A stretch of 63,938 nucleotides of DNA, counting the filler, from Octopus bimaculoides (Eukaryota), in the NCBI RefSeq assembly GCF_001194135.2. It is 6 parts of 6 records of this genome, joined end to end, with 100 filler letters (N's around TTAATTAATTAA, not from the genome) between each part and the next. Parts side by side here need not be neighbours in the genome. Positions count along the whole stretch, not along the records: positions 48,943 to 54,669 come from NC_069010.1; positions 54,770 to 60,434 come from NW_026377654.1; 4 more parts are not named here. The stretch is one strand, 5' to 3'. The translations under genes were made by a program, and so were the position numbers. Positions 49,665 to 60,534 of this stretch are shown piece after piece (the first letter of the stretch is position 1; every line of letters begins with the position of its first letter). The notes below the pieces were generated by a model, which was given only the letters and a program-made list of their open reading frames with translations, did no database searches and was not told the DNA's origin.

Positions 49665-49960
49665 TCATCATCATCATCATCGTCGTCGTCGTTTAACGTC
49701 CGCTTTCCTTGCTAGCATGGGTTGGACGATTTGACTGAGGACTGGTGAAACCNNNNNNNNNNTGAAACCAGATGGCTACACCAGGCTCCAATCTGATCTG
49801 GCAGAGTTTCTACAGCTGGATGCCCTTCTTAACGCCAACCATTTCGAGAGTGTAGTGGGTGCTTTTACATGCCACCGGCACGAGGGCCAGTCAGGCGGGT
49901 ATTGGCGACGGCCACACTCGAAATGGTGTATTTTACGTGCCACCTGCACAATATAAATAT
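49665..49960 (-). mobile_element. RTE-type 3' end
   Basis: catcatcatcgtcgtcgtcgtttaacgtccgctttccttgctagcatgggttggacg... Confidence 0.85.
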
Positions 49961-50342
49961 ATCGTTTGTAGAGCAGTATATATTAAAAATAGGGAAGGCT
50001 AGTTTATGGGGTCCATAAAGGGTTTAGCTTTATGATGTATCATATCAGATCCCAAAAACCAAAAGTCAATAGCCAATTGTTACCTTTGTGTAGTGAGGCA
50101 TTTCCCCCCCTCCATATTTTGAAGAGGTCATGGGCCAACAGTTTATTGGGATCTGATGGTACGTCATAAAAGACAGGATGGTCTCAACTGGAACATCTTT
50201 AACCACTGGTCTTTTGGATAAAGAGTAACCTGGGGCTAAAGACCAGCAACAAGGAAGGACACATGAGATAATGTAATCCTAGATACATTGTGTAGATCTA
50301 AGGTAATCCCATAAACCAGCTTTCCCCATTTTTAATATATAA

Positions 50343-50377
<35 letters not shown>

Positions 50378-50380
50378 CAG

Positions 50381-50433
<53 letters not shown>

Positions 50434-50775
50434 GATAGATAGGGAGATAGATAGATAGATAGATGAGAAGAAAAAAGAGATTAAAGAATCCAGGCAGATA
50501 TCAATGAAGCACTTAGTTTTAAACAAATTTTTGGTTAACAATATCCAACAATCAGAGACCAGTCGATGCAAATAGGATACACATCCAGGGTAAATTCTCA
50601 TGTGTGATAAGTGGATCCAAATATCATTTAGAAGAATTTCGAGACATTCAGAATATTAGACAGCAAAAAAAAAAAAAATAATAAATAAAGCCCTAGGGTT
50701 TGGTTTGTTTGACTGAAGTTGGTACTCCAGCATGGCCTCAGTCAAATGACTGAAACAAATATCTGCCTCTCTCTC

Positions 50776-50826
<51 letters not shown>

Positions 50827-50855
50827 TTATATATACATATATACATACATGTTTT

Positions 50856-50913
<58 letters not shown>

Positions 50914-50924
50914 GAATTTTACAA

Positions 50925-51100
50925 AAAAAACAAAAGACGAACAAGGGTGCGTAAACAACAAACAGATGTTTTAGTTTAACGCTCGGGAAGTGAGAAAGTC
51001 TTTTATATTTCGAGCCTATGCTCTCCGACAGAAAGGAACACAGGAATAAACAGGGAGAGAAAATAGAAAAAGGTTTAGTGGCTAGCGATCTATCATATAT
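50925..51100 (-). mobile_element. Penelope-type pseudo-LTR fragment with degenerate hammerhead
   Basis: Minus strand cttt-ctgtcgga-gagc(atag)gctc-gaaa-tata-aaag; inserted in a (TA)n tract. Confidence 0.5.
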
Positions 51101-51375
51101 ATGAGGGAAAAGAAGAAAAATGGAGAAATTGATGTATAGACATCAATTTATTCAAAGATATTCCAATTAATATAGAATATCATTTTTATCCCAAACATTC
51201 CTTAAAGAATTATAGGTCCTGGATTTATATATATTCTATTAGCCTTTTATACATTTTTCTCTGAGTGTGTGTGTGTGTGTGAACATGTGTAATTATGTAT
51301 ATGGATATATGTGAGAGAGAGAGAGAGAGAAAGATAGGCACAGGTAGATATATAGGAAGATAGATATAGATAAGC

Positions 51376-51900
51376 AGATATCATCATCATGACCATTGAC
51401 ATCTTCACGGTAGATAGCCGGCCTGGCAGTCATATAATCCAGCCCCACTCTCATCACTCTTTGAATCTTTAAAGAAACATATATGGTTATACAAACATAT
51501 AACCATCCTACTTTTGGCTTCCTCAAATAACAGGTAAGACAGGTCAGAGGTAATCTGTCATAAATCACACAAGTAGAAGCAAGCATTAAATCAGCAGCCA
51601 TCTTGAACATCTGCACAGAGGAGCAATCAGTCGAATGGTCTTCTGGGAAGCAAAATTGCAGGAAAAAATGTAAATTGGAGAGCAGATAACAGCAGTAAAT
51701 TCTTCTTTAAGGGCTATTGTCAAAGTTCCATCCATTTAATAATGGTATATTCGCAAGACTTCTAAGAAAGATGGGGCTAAAAAAAATGTAGTGTCACAAG
51801 GTGGCATGTTGAGGATTGGATGCTTGGATTTTGTGTGGAAGAATGAATAATGGTGATTGAATTGCATAGATTTTGGTGTGTGATATGTCTGTTGTGAGAT
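51376..51900 (-). mobile_element. Old RTE-like LINE 3' remnant
   Basis: Ends in ...caatggtcatgatgatgat; weak RTE-like peptides (GTLTIALKEEF, YLRKPKVG). Confidence 0.35.
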
Positions 51901-52009
51901 TATGTATGTATGTGTATGCATGTAAGATATATACCTTTACAAATACACACACACATGTATTTACGTATGCTTTTACACCAATAAATTTATATAAGCGCGT
52001 ATATATATA

Positions 52010-52043
<34 letters not shown>

Positions 52044-52074
52044 ATCCATGACAACGTGGAAGACAAACATTAAC

Positions 52075-52105
<31 letters not shown>

Positions 52106-52229
52106 ACACACACACACACATATGTTGCTTGTTCCATTATGCTAGAAATAGATCACCTACAATAAATTCAGCAAACACCAGAACATAGCATAATGGATGT
52201 CCACTTAGTGGTCATCCCTTCTTATACGC

Positions 52230-52274
<45 letters not shown>

Positions 52275-52280
<6 letters not shown>

Positions 52281-52410
52281 GCTTCTTTTCAGTTTCCATC
52301 TATCAAATCCACTCACAAGGCTTTGGTTGTCCGGAGGCTATAGTAGAAGACACTTGCCCAAGGTTCCACACAGTGGGACTGAACCAGGAACCATGTGGTT
52401 GGAAACACAA
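52275..52410 (-). mobile_element. SINE-A head
   Basis: caaatccactcacaaggctttgg...gaagacacttgcccaagg...gaaccatgtggttgg. Confidence 0.85.
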
Positions 52411-52789
52411 GCCTTTTCTTCAGCCCATCTTAGTATAGAATCATAGGTCCTTCTGTAGAATTTGCCTCACTCTTTCTCTCTCTCTTCAGGGCTCTTAGCT
52501 TAAGCCAGGAACATTGGTGAAGCTGAAGAACCAGACCCTCCCAGGAAAGGGACTCCTGCCAAGATTTTGTACCTGCCCCTTTTAAGATGGTAGGATGTGG
52601 CTGCTATTTCCAGCTGGTTCAGTTACTGCATAGGCGTTTCCATTAGGTGTTGTTTTTTGTTTGGCTTTTGTTGGTGATGATGAAATTATGCTGTTGTTGT
52701 TGTTGTTATTCCTATTGTTCCAGATTCCTGGTGGAACAGAATGAAAAATGTGAAATATTCCAGACCAGCATTCTTCGGCAAAAGAATGC

Positions 52790-53000
52790 TGTGATGGTGG
52801 TGCTGGTGGTGGTGGTGGTGCTGCTGCTGGTATTGGTGATGTTGATGATGGTGGTGGTGGTGCTGGTAGTGGTGGTGATGGTGGTGGTGGTGATGCGGCT
52901 GGTAGTGGTTATGATGGTGGTGGTGGTGGTGGTGGTACTGGTAGTCGTGGTGGTGCGGTTTGTAGTGGTCATGATGATGGTGGTGGTGGTGCTGGTAGTG
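52790..53000. repeat. (GGT/GAT/GCT)n mosaic trinucleotide tract
   Basis: Directly visible; source of the poly-Val and poly-Thr ORFs. Confidence 0.9.
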
Positions 53001-53149
53001 ATGGAGAAATCTTTAGCATTTAAACCAACCATATTTAGCCTAAATATTCTACTTGTTCTATGCTGAAATTGGCCAGATCCAGCCTCTCACACCTACCCTA
53101 CAGTGTCATTCTAAAAATAAATAATCACATCATAGAAATCTCAATTCAT

Positions 53150-53430
53150 CATCATCATCATCATCAACGTTTAACGTCCGCTTTCCATGCTAGCATGGGT
53201 TGGACGATTTGACTGAGGACTGGTGAAACCAGATGGCTACACCAGGCTCCAATCTGATTTGGAAGAGTTTCTACAGCTGGATGCTCTTCCTAACGCAAAC
53301 CACTCCAAGAGTGTAGTGGGTGCTTTTTACGCGCCATTGGCCCGAAGGCCAGACAGGCGGTACTGGCAACGATCTCGCTCGAATGTCTTTACAAGTGCCA
53401 GGAAGGCGACGCTGGGCACAGGTGCCATCA
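53150..53430 (-). mobile_element. RTE-type 3' end
   Basis: catcatcaacgtttaacgtccgctttccatgctagcatgggttggacg... Confidence 0.85.
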
Positions 53431-53438
53431 CGATTTCT

Positions 53439-53477
<39 letters not shown>

Positions 53478-53901
53478 NNNNNNNNNNNNNNNNNNNNNNN
53501 NNNNNNNNNNNNNNNNNNNNNNNNNNNNNNNNNNNNNNNNNNNNNNNNNNNNNNNNNNNNNNNNNNNNNNNNNNNNNNNNNNNNNNNNNNNNNNNNNNNN
53601 NNNNNNNNNNNNNNNNNNNNNNNNNNNNNNNNNNNNNNNNNNNNNNNNNNNNNNNNNNNNNNNNNNNNNNNNNNNNNNNNNNNNNNNNNNNNNNNNNNNN
53701 NNNNNNNNNNNNNNNNNNNNNNNNNNNNNNNNNNNNNNNNNNNNNNNNNNNNNNNNNNNNNNNNNNNNNNNNNNNNNNNNNNNNNNNNNNNNNNNNNNNN
53801 NNNNNNNNNNNNNNNNNNNNNNNNNNNNNNNNNNNNNNNNNNNNNNNNNNNNNNNNNNNNNNNNNNNNNNNNNNNNNNNNNNNNNNNNNNNNNNNNNNNN
53901 N

Positions 53902-54138
53902 CGAAATGGCCATTGATGTGTGGCGGTGGTAATCTCCCGAAATGGCCATTGATGTGTGGCGGTGGTAATCTCCGGAAATGGCCATTGATGTGTGGCGGTG
54001 GTAATCTCACGAAATGGCCATTGATGTGTGGCGGTGGTAATCTCACGAAATGGCCATTGATGTGTGGCGGTGGTAATCTCCCGAAATGACCATTGATGTG
54101 TGGCGGTGGTAATCTCCGGAAATGGCCATTGATGTGTG
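53902..54138. repeat. 36-bp minisatellite (about 6.5 visible copies)
   Basis: Unit cgaaatggccattgatgtgtggcggtggtaatctc(c/a); left end runs into an N gap. Confidence 0.97.
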
Positions 54139-54549
54139 TGAATTTGACCTGTGGAAGTCTGTTTATTTATGAACTTTTGGACGACGAGTAAAAAGACTTT
54201 TTTTCAAATATGTTAAAGAAATATTTGGTTTATAGAAATACTTTTCAAACGGCATACATTACGATTATAAAGAAATTTGTGGGGGGAAATCTTTTCCAAG
54301 AGAATGGAGAGAGGACTTCTATTAGTTTTGGTGGTTTACGAATTTGTAGCCGTTTAATATTTATCTTTTTTGATAATGGATATATATACATATATATATA
54401 TATATGTGTGTATGTGTGTGTGTGTTCATATAATATCTACCAAATGTATTGGTGAGATAAAACATGTAATCGTTACCAAAATATCAAAAATTCGCCCACA
54501 AAGGTCTATAGTAAACTCCTTATGGATCGGATCTCGGTTATATATAAAA

Positions 54550-54638
54550 AAATTTAAACAAGAGCTTTGATGCTAAATCCATATATATTAAAATACATTA
54601 ATATATATGGATTTAGCGTGAAAGCTCTTATTTAAATT

Positions 54639-54639
<1 letters not shown>
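54550..54639. repeat. 42-bp-arm hairpin with 6-nt loop
   Basis: aaatttaaacaagagctttgatgctaaatccatatatattaa / ttaatatatatggatttagcgtgaaagctcttatttaaattt; 3 mismatches. Confidence 0.95.
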
Positions 54640-54669
<30 letters not shown>

Positions 54670-54769
54670 NNNNNNNNNNNNNNNNNNNNNNNNNNNNNNN
54701 NNNNNNNNNNNNNTTAATTAATTAANNNNNNNNNNNNNNNNNNNNNNNNNNNNNNNNNNNNNNNNNNNN
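54670..54769. other. Assembly linker
   Basis: TTAATTAATTAA at 54714-54725. Confidence 0.95.
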
Positions 54770-55022
54770 TATATATATATATATATATATACATATATAC
54801 ATATACATATATACATACAGACATACATACAGACATATCTTAAAATGTAATGAAATCTAGAATATTAAACTACGTTAAGCTAAAGTTTATTGCGCTGAGT
54901 TTAACCCATAAGAATACAGAAAATACAGACTCATACATAAACATAAATATAATGGCATAAATATACAAACTTGACCGTCTAGTTAAGTGCAATATATATT
55001 TCTATTTAATATGTATCAGCAA

Positions 55023-55380
55023 ATGGAGGCGCAATGGCCCAGTGGTTGGGGCAGTAGACTTGCGGCGATAACATCGAGGTTTCGATTCTCAGACCGGCTG
55101 TTGTTAGTGTTTACTGAGCGAAAGCACCTAAAGCTCCACGCGGCTGCTGCAGGTGGTTGAAGCGAACCTTGCTGTAGTCTTTCGCCACAACTTTCTCTCA
55201 CTCTTTCTTCCTGTTTCCATTGTACCTGTATTTCAAGGGGGCCAACGTTGTCACGCTGAATCTCTCCAAGAACTACGTTAAGGGTACACGTGTCTGTGGA
55301 GTATTCAGCTACTTGCACATTAATTTCACGTTGATCGATTCAACTGAAACCCTCGACGTCGTAACCGACCGAGTGCTACA
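55023..55380 (+). mobile_element. SINE family C with clear tRNA-derived head
   Basis: A-box-like tggcccagtgg and B-box-like ggtttcgattc, followed by a ~300-bp non-tRNA body, so not a tRNA gene. Confidence 0.75.
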
Positions 55381-55513
55381 AATAGCAGCAAACAACATTA
55401 CGTTTTATTTCAGTCTAAATAATGAAATATATTACTTGTTACATGTTGTAATTATGAGTAACATAAATATAGATAATATATTTAACACGCTCATTTAAAC
55501 ACACTCACCTTTA

Positions 55514-55559
<46 letters not shown>

Positions 55560-56147
55560 NNNNNNNNNNNNNNNNNNNNNNNNNNNNNNNNNNNNNNNNN
55601 NNNNNNNNNNNNNNNNNNNNNNNNNNNNNNNNNNNNNNNNNNNNNNNNNNNNNNNNNNNNNNNNNNNNNNNNNNNNNNNNNNNNNNNNNNNNNNNNNNNN
55701 NNNNNNNNNNNNNNNNNNNNNNNNNNNNNNNNNNNNNNNNNNNNNNNNNNNNNNNNNNNNNNNNNNNNNNNNNNNNNNNNNNNNNNNNNNNNNNNNNNNN
55801 NNNNNNNNNNNNNNNNNNNNNNNNNNNNNNNNNNNNNNNNNNNNNNNNNNNNNNNNNNNNNNNNNNNNNNNNNNNNNNNNNNNNNNNNNNNNNNNNNNNN
55901 NNNNNNNNNNNNNNNNNNNNNNNNNNNNNNNNNNNNNNNNNNNNNNNNNNNNNNNNNNNNNNNNNNNNNNNNNNNNNNNNNNNNNNNNNNNNNNNNNNNN
56001 NNNNNNNNNNNNNNNNNNNNNNNNNNNNNNNNNNNNNNNNNNNNNNNNNNNNNNNNNNNNNNNNNNNNNNNNNNNNNNNNNNNNNNNNNNNNNNNNNNNN
56101 NNNNNNNNNNNNNNNNNNNNNNNNNNNNNNNNNNNNNNNNNNNNNNG

Positions 56148-56273
56148 AGACCGATAGAATAAGTACTAGGCTTACAAATAATAAGTCCTGGATTCGATTT
56201 GCTCGACTAAAAAAAGGTGGTGCTCCAGCATGGCCACGTTCAAAGGACTGAAACAAGTAAAAGAATAAAAAGA

Positions 56274-56280
<7 letters not shown>
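56148..56280 (+). mobile_element. SINE-A tail
   Basis: gagaccgatagaataagtactagg...ggtgctccagcatggcc...gaaacaagtaaaaga. Confidence 0.85.
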
Positions 56281-56318
<38 letters not shown>

Positions 56319-56582
56319 CATAAAGAGAGAGTGTTAAATTGATAGATAAGATTCTGAAAAGCATAAATATCACATATGTATCGGAACTAATTTATTTGCA
56401 ACAGCTGTTTCATTGGGTATAAGCACAAATAACTCAATAATTGCACAATTAAGAAACATGGGCAATGAAAATTAATTGAAATTAAATTAAGAACTCATAG
56501 CTAGCATCGCCGCTAGTATTTCTGGTGATTTGGGATTAGCATTGCTCTGAATAAATTTAGTTTAAATGAATTTATATTGATT

Positions 56583-56808
56583 ATGTTATTTAAGTAAATA
56601 TTCTTTTCTACTCTAGACACAAAGCCCGAAGTTTGGGGAGGGGTCCAGTCGATTAGATTGACCCCCAAGACGCAACTGGTACTTAATTTATCGACCCCGA
56701 AAGGATGAAAGGTAAAGTCGATCTCGGCGGAATTTGAACTCAGAACGTAAAGACAGACGAAATATCGCTAAGCATTTCGACCGGCGTGCTAACGTTTCTG
56801 CCAGCTTG
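56583..56808 (-). mobile_element. SINE-B full length
   Basis: ttcttttctactctagacacaaagcccgaa...gtgctaacgtttctgccagct. Confidence 0.9.
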
Positions 56809-56864
56809 CAGAATTGAATTAATTGTGCGTATGTGCCTTGGAACAGTTGTCTTTTATTTCTCAG

Positions 56865-57246
56865 TTATCTTTTTCTTGTTTCAGTCTTTAGACTGCGGCC
56901 ATGCTGGGGTACTGCCTTAATGAATTTTATTCATATGAATTGACCCCAGTACTTTATTTTAAACCAGGTACTTATTCCATCAGTCTCTTTTGCTGGATCG
57001 ATATGTTACGGGGACCTAAGCACACCAACACCGGTTGTCAATTAGTGGTAGGGAACAAACACTGATACAAAGACACACGCACACGCGCACACACACACAC
57101 ACACATACGACCGGCTCTTTTCAGCTTCCGTATATCAAATCCACCTTCAAGGATTCGATCGGATCGAGGTTATAATAGAAGACACTTGCCCAAAGTGATA
57201 CCCCGTGGGACTGAACCCTGAACCATGGGTTGGAAAGCAACCTTCT
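56865..57246 (-). mobile_element. SINE-A whose 5' end is interrupted; remainder at ~59386-59408
   Basis: Stops at ...gggttggaaagcaaccttct; the missing start atagccactcctgcgcctat reappears at ~59387. Confidence 0.75.
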
Positions 57247-59385
57247 TTATTTCATATAATTTGCCACAAGGGCATTACACGGAAGAAGCATTTGCGGGCT
57301 AGACTAGGACATTAATGATATGAATGATAATAAAATTAAATGGTAAAACGGGGGAGACAAGTGGCGCCTGCCGACCGCCGTCTCTTGAAAACAATGTTCT
57401 CTCCTGTAATTTACTGAATATGAGGTTACAAACCTCTTACAATTTAAAGTATGCTTTTACACCTCTTACAATAAAAAACTTTAGTCCTCAAAATTTTCAA
57501 TGTCTGTAACTTCTTCACCACTCTCCACCATTTCCCATGCCTCACTCAGGCATAGGTCGGTTGTCATTTCTGGACCACCCGGCCAGAAGTGATATTCCTC
57601 TTTGGGGAGGACTTCATGCCACTTTTGCAACACGTTCACCTCTATGACCTCCACAGCTATCTGCGAAGGCCATTCGGGATCCTGCGTGCAAGTCAGAAAC
57701 CCTCTCCTCCTATGTTCCTCCACAATTGTTTTCTATTTTTCCACCCCTACAGAAGAAGACAAGTAATTCATCTCCCGTAAGGGGAAGAGATATCTCTTCC
57801 ATCGTCTGAGTTGCAATTCCTACCGGCAATGGCCCTTCCACCGTCGGTGGCACAATTCCCACCGACGATGGTTCAACGTCAGTCGGCAGCTCAACCGTCG
57901 GCACACCATTTTTTCCGTTTTTCTTTTTCTATTTTTCCGGTAGGAGGGGGAGAAGTCCTCCGGTTTACCCAGGGGATTTAACCCCCACCTTCTACCTCTA
58001 CATTATTTATGTGTTGTTTCGACAGGCTACTATCAATTCCCGCCTTTCTCCTATTCGCTTTTTCAGGTAAGGCCTCCGCCTTCTCATTTTTTCCACCCGC
58101 TGAGCAGGACTGCGTTCTTTATTAATTGACTGCTCCTGGGCCACTCTCTGCTCCCGGCGACAATCCTTCTTTATATGACCGGGCTCCAGGCACATTGACA
58201 CTTGGGAAAGCGTCCCTCAAGGATCACAGGATACCTAGATCCTGCCATAGTCAAGTAGTCTGGAAAAACCAGACTGTCAGCGGCTAACTGGGTCCACAGA
58301 GTCAGCACGGCTTTTTTCCCCCACCCAATCAGCCGCCGGCAACACTTTTACATTTAACAATTTGGTGTCCTTTCTGCCACCAAGTTACCGTTGGATAGTT
58401 TCTGCTATGCACTCGGGCTTAACCGCTGGCGGCAACCCACACACCCACGCTCGCATGCATTTTCTCCCACAATATAAGGGGGGAAGCAAAATCCTTTCCT
58501 CTTACAGGGGCTGACTGGCGAACTTACACGTCATCTCCGGGGTCTCGAACAGCAACCATACAGCTGCATATTTGGGACCCCTGGCAATATGCCTTATCGT
58601 CGGTATATATTCCGCCAGCTCTTCTTCTATCTCTGGTCTGGAAAAGGGAACAATGGTGTCCAAGGATCTTGAATAGGTCCTCAGAACCACCGTACTCTAT
58701 TCCAAATCTTTCACTCATTCTTTGGGTGGGTTGATCTCCCACTCCAAAGTAATGTTATTATTCTTTTCCCATGTTTACAGTTAACTGTAGAAGAAAAATT
58801 AAAACAAAAAAGCAAGAAGCAAGAAAGAAGGAGAAAAGGAAAAAGCATAGTTTTAAAAAAAAACAGAAAAAATGCAGTTAAATGTCCACTATCCTCTGGC
58901 CTATTCGAACTCCTGGCCAGGCCTGGGTAATCCGATATAGTTAATCCACGATATAGAAATAATCTTATCCACAAAAACTGGTGCTCGCCGTATAATTAAC
59001 AGCGAGCAGCGCTTAAGTGTCCATAAACAGAGACAAAATTCCAGTAACGAAAGTCTTCAGTAAAAAAAATTTCAATAGAATAATTCTTGCATTGCGGGAT
59101 ACGCTCCCTAAGAATTTTTCGACGCAACCAAAAGCGATCAAAATTGCCTCGAGATTAGTGGAGATACCTTACTAGGGAAAAATAACAATAAAATACGAGT
59201 AACGCACCCTCACTGTGCCAACAAAACAAAATTTCCCCTACCTTCAGGCTGCGCTGCTAATATCTTTTCGTAGACTTAATTCACAACAGAGCTAAATTTA
59301 GCAACGTTGTCATTACGGTTACAAAACCACTCGGGTCTGCACATGCGCAAGAAGAAAGTTTCTTAATACACAGTCACGCCGGAGC
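57247..59385 (-). mobile_element. Tx1/L1-like non-autonomous element encoding ORF1 only
   Basis: ~0.6-kb 5' UTR, degenerate ORF1, ~230-bp 3' UTR ending ...aaattatatgaaataaag; no endonuclease/RT sequence seen. Confidence 0.6.
57481..58772 (-). pseudogene. Degenerate retrotransposon ORF1 (gag-like, CCHC zinc knuckle)
   Basis: Pieced across stops/frameshifts: STVVLRTYSRSL...AVWLLFETPE...AWVCGLPPAVKPE...RYPVILEGRFPKCQ/CLEPGHIKKDC...acidic C-terminus EEVTDIENFED*. Confidence 0.7.
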
Positions 59386-59647
59386 TTATAGCCACTCCTG
59401 CGCCTATGACCACGTCGATGCCAATTGTTGAAAGTAATTAAAATTTGATAAAACCGTGAAATTTCTGTACTTTCTGAATGTTATTCTAAATTTGCGTTTG
59501 TTTTATGGATCGCTTCAGTCGGTTACGTATATACATGCAAGTTCCTTCCACTGTATTTACACTAATTTTCCAACTTGCTAGAGTTTAACGATTAGCTATT
59601 TTTAATCACCGTGGATATATATTTTTGTATGTTTTATGCATCATCTT

Positions 59648-59713
<66 letters not shown>

Positions 59714-60044
59714 TTTACGTGTGCGTGCGTATGTGTGTGTGTGGGGGGGGCGAACATGTATGTAGATATGTATATAAGTATATCTGATGATTGTCTGGTT
59801 CGTCTCTTATTTCTGGTATGAAACCAATTGTTAACATGGCTATAATGCAACTATAATAGGTAATTATTTCTGCGTAAATTAAAAAAAAATATGAACAGTC
59901 GGTTTTCGAATCTTATTGAATTCTCATCAGAGGTGTCAACATCATTTCAGAAATCTCAGAGAAACAAGCAGCTAATGTGTCTATGTGCACTGCAAAACCA
60001 GTAGCTTCAGAGAACTGAAGCGACTAAATTGTTAATATAAGCAT

Positions 60045-60250
60045 TCAACACTTTATTTTATACCAACAGCTTATCAACAGGGACCTCAGTCCACTCACTA
60101 CCAAAGTATGATATAATATATGTAAACCTGTGGAGTAGATATATAAACAGCACAAATTTAAGTGTTTCCTTGTAGAATGCAAAAGTTTTGAACAGTCTCA
60201 ATCTATTTTCGAACCCTATTGGACTCTCATCAGTGTGCCTACACCCCTTA
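60045..60250 (-). mobile_element. Short pseudo-LTR-like element with canonical hammerhead core and poly(A) signal
   Basis: Minus strand CTGATGA-gagtcc(aata)gggttc-GAAA near its 5' end; aaaataaagtgttgaatgc at its 3' end. Confidence 0.45.
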
Positions 60251-60434
60251 ATCATCCTTAAGATAGATAGATAGATAGATAGATAAATAGAGAGATAGAT
60301 AGATAAGTTTCTTTATTAGCCACACAGGGCCGAACACAGAGGGGACAAAATACAATATAAAGCTTTTCTTTTCGAAATGTAATAAAGGAAGAAAAATGAA
60401 TTTCTCATCAAAAGGGATCGCAGAAAAAAAAAAA

Positions 60435-60534
60435 NNNNNNNNNNNNNNNNNNNNNNNNNNNNNNNNNNNNNNNNNNNNTTAATTAATTAANNNNNNNNNN
60501 NNNNNNNNNNNNNNNNNNNNNNNNNNNNNNNNNN
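60435..60534. other. Assembly linker
   Basis: TTAATTAATTAA at 60479-60490. Confidence 0.95.

Noticed and set aside
50044-50157. 12-bp inverted ends atcagatcccaa / ttgggatctgat as a mini-MITE
   Set aside because: No TSD and no second copy in the window; could be chance.
52490-52590. Exon with strong acceptor (ctctctcttcag) and ATG|gtagga donor
   Set aside because: Stops occur in all three frames within 33 nt of the acceptor, and the 3' part resembles a dispersed repeat (ggctgctattt).
52647-53066. Poly-Val (+) and mucin-like poly-Thr (-) ORFs
   Set aside because: Mosaic trinucleotide repeat with no flanking coding signal.
53902-54138. 36-bp repeats as a CRISPR array
   Set aside because: Units are directly tandem with no unique spacers, there are no cas genes, and the context is eukaryotic.
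55023-55100. tRNA gene
   Set aside because: It has A/B boxes but no closing acceptor stem, and continues into a SINE body.
2297-56373. Long ORFs containing runs of X, or YI/HT/CV/SL dipeptide repeats
   Set aside because: They are translations of N gaps and (TA)n, (CA)n, (GA)n microsatellites.
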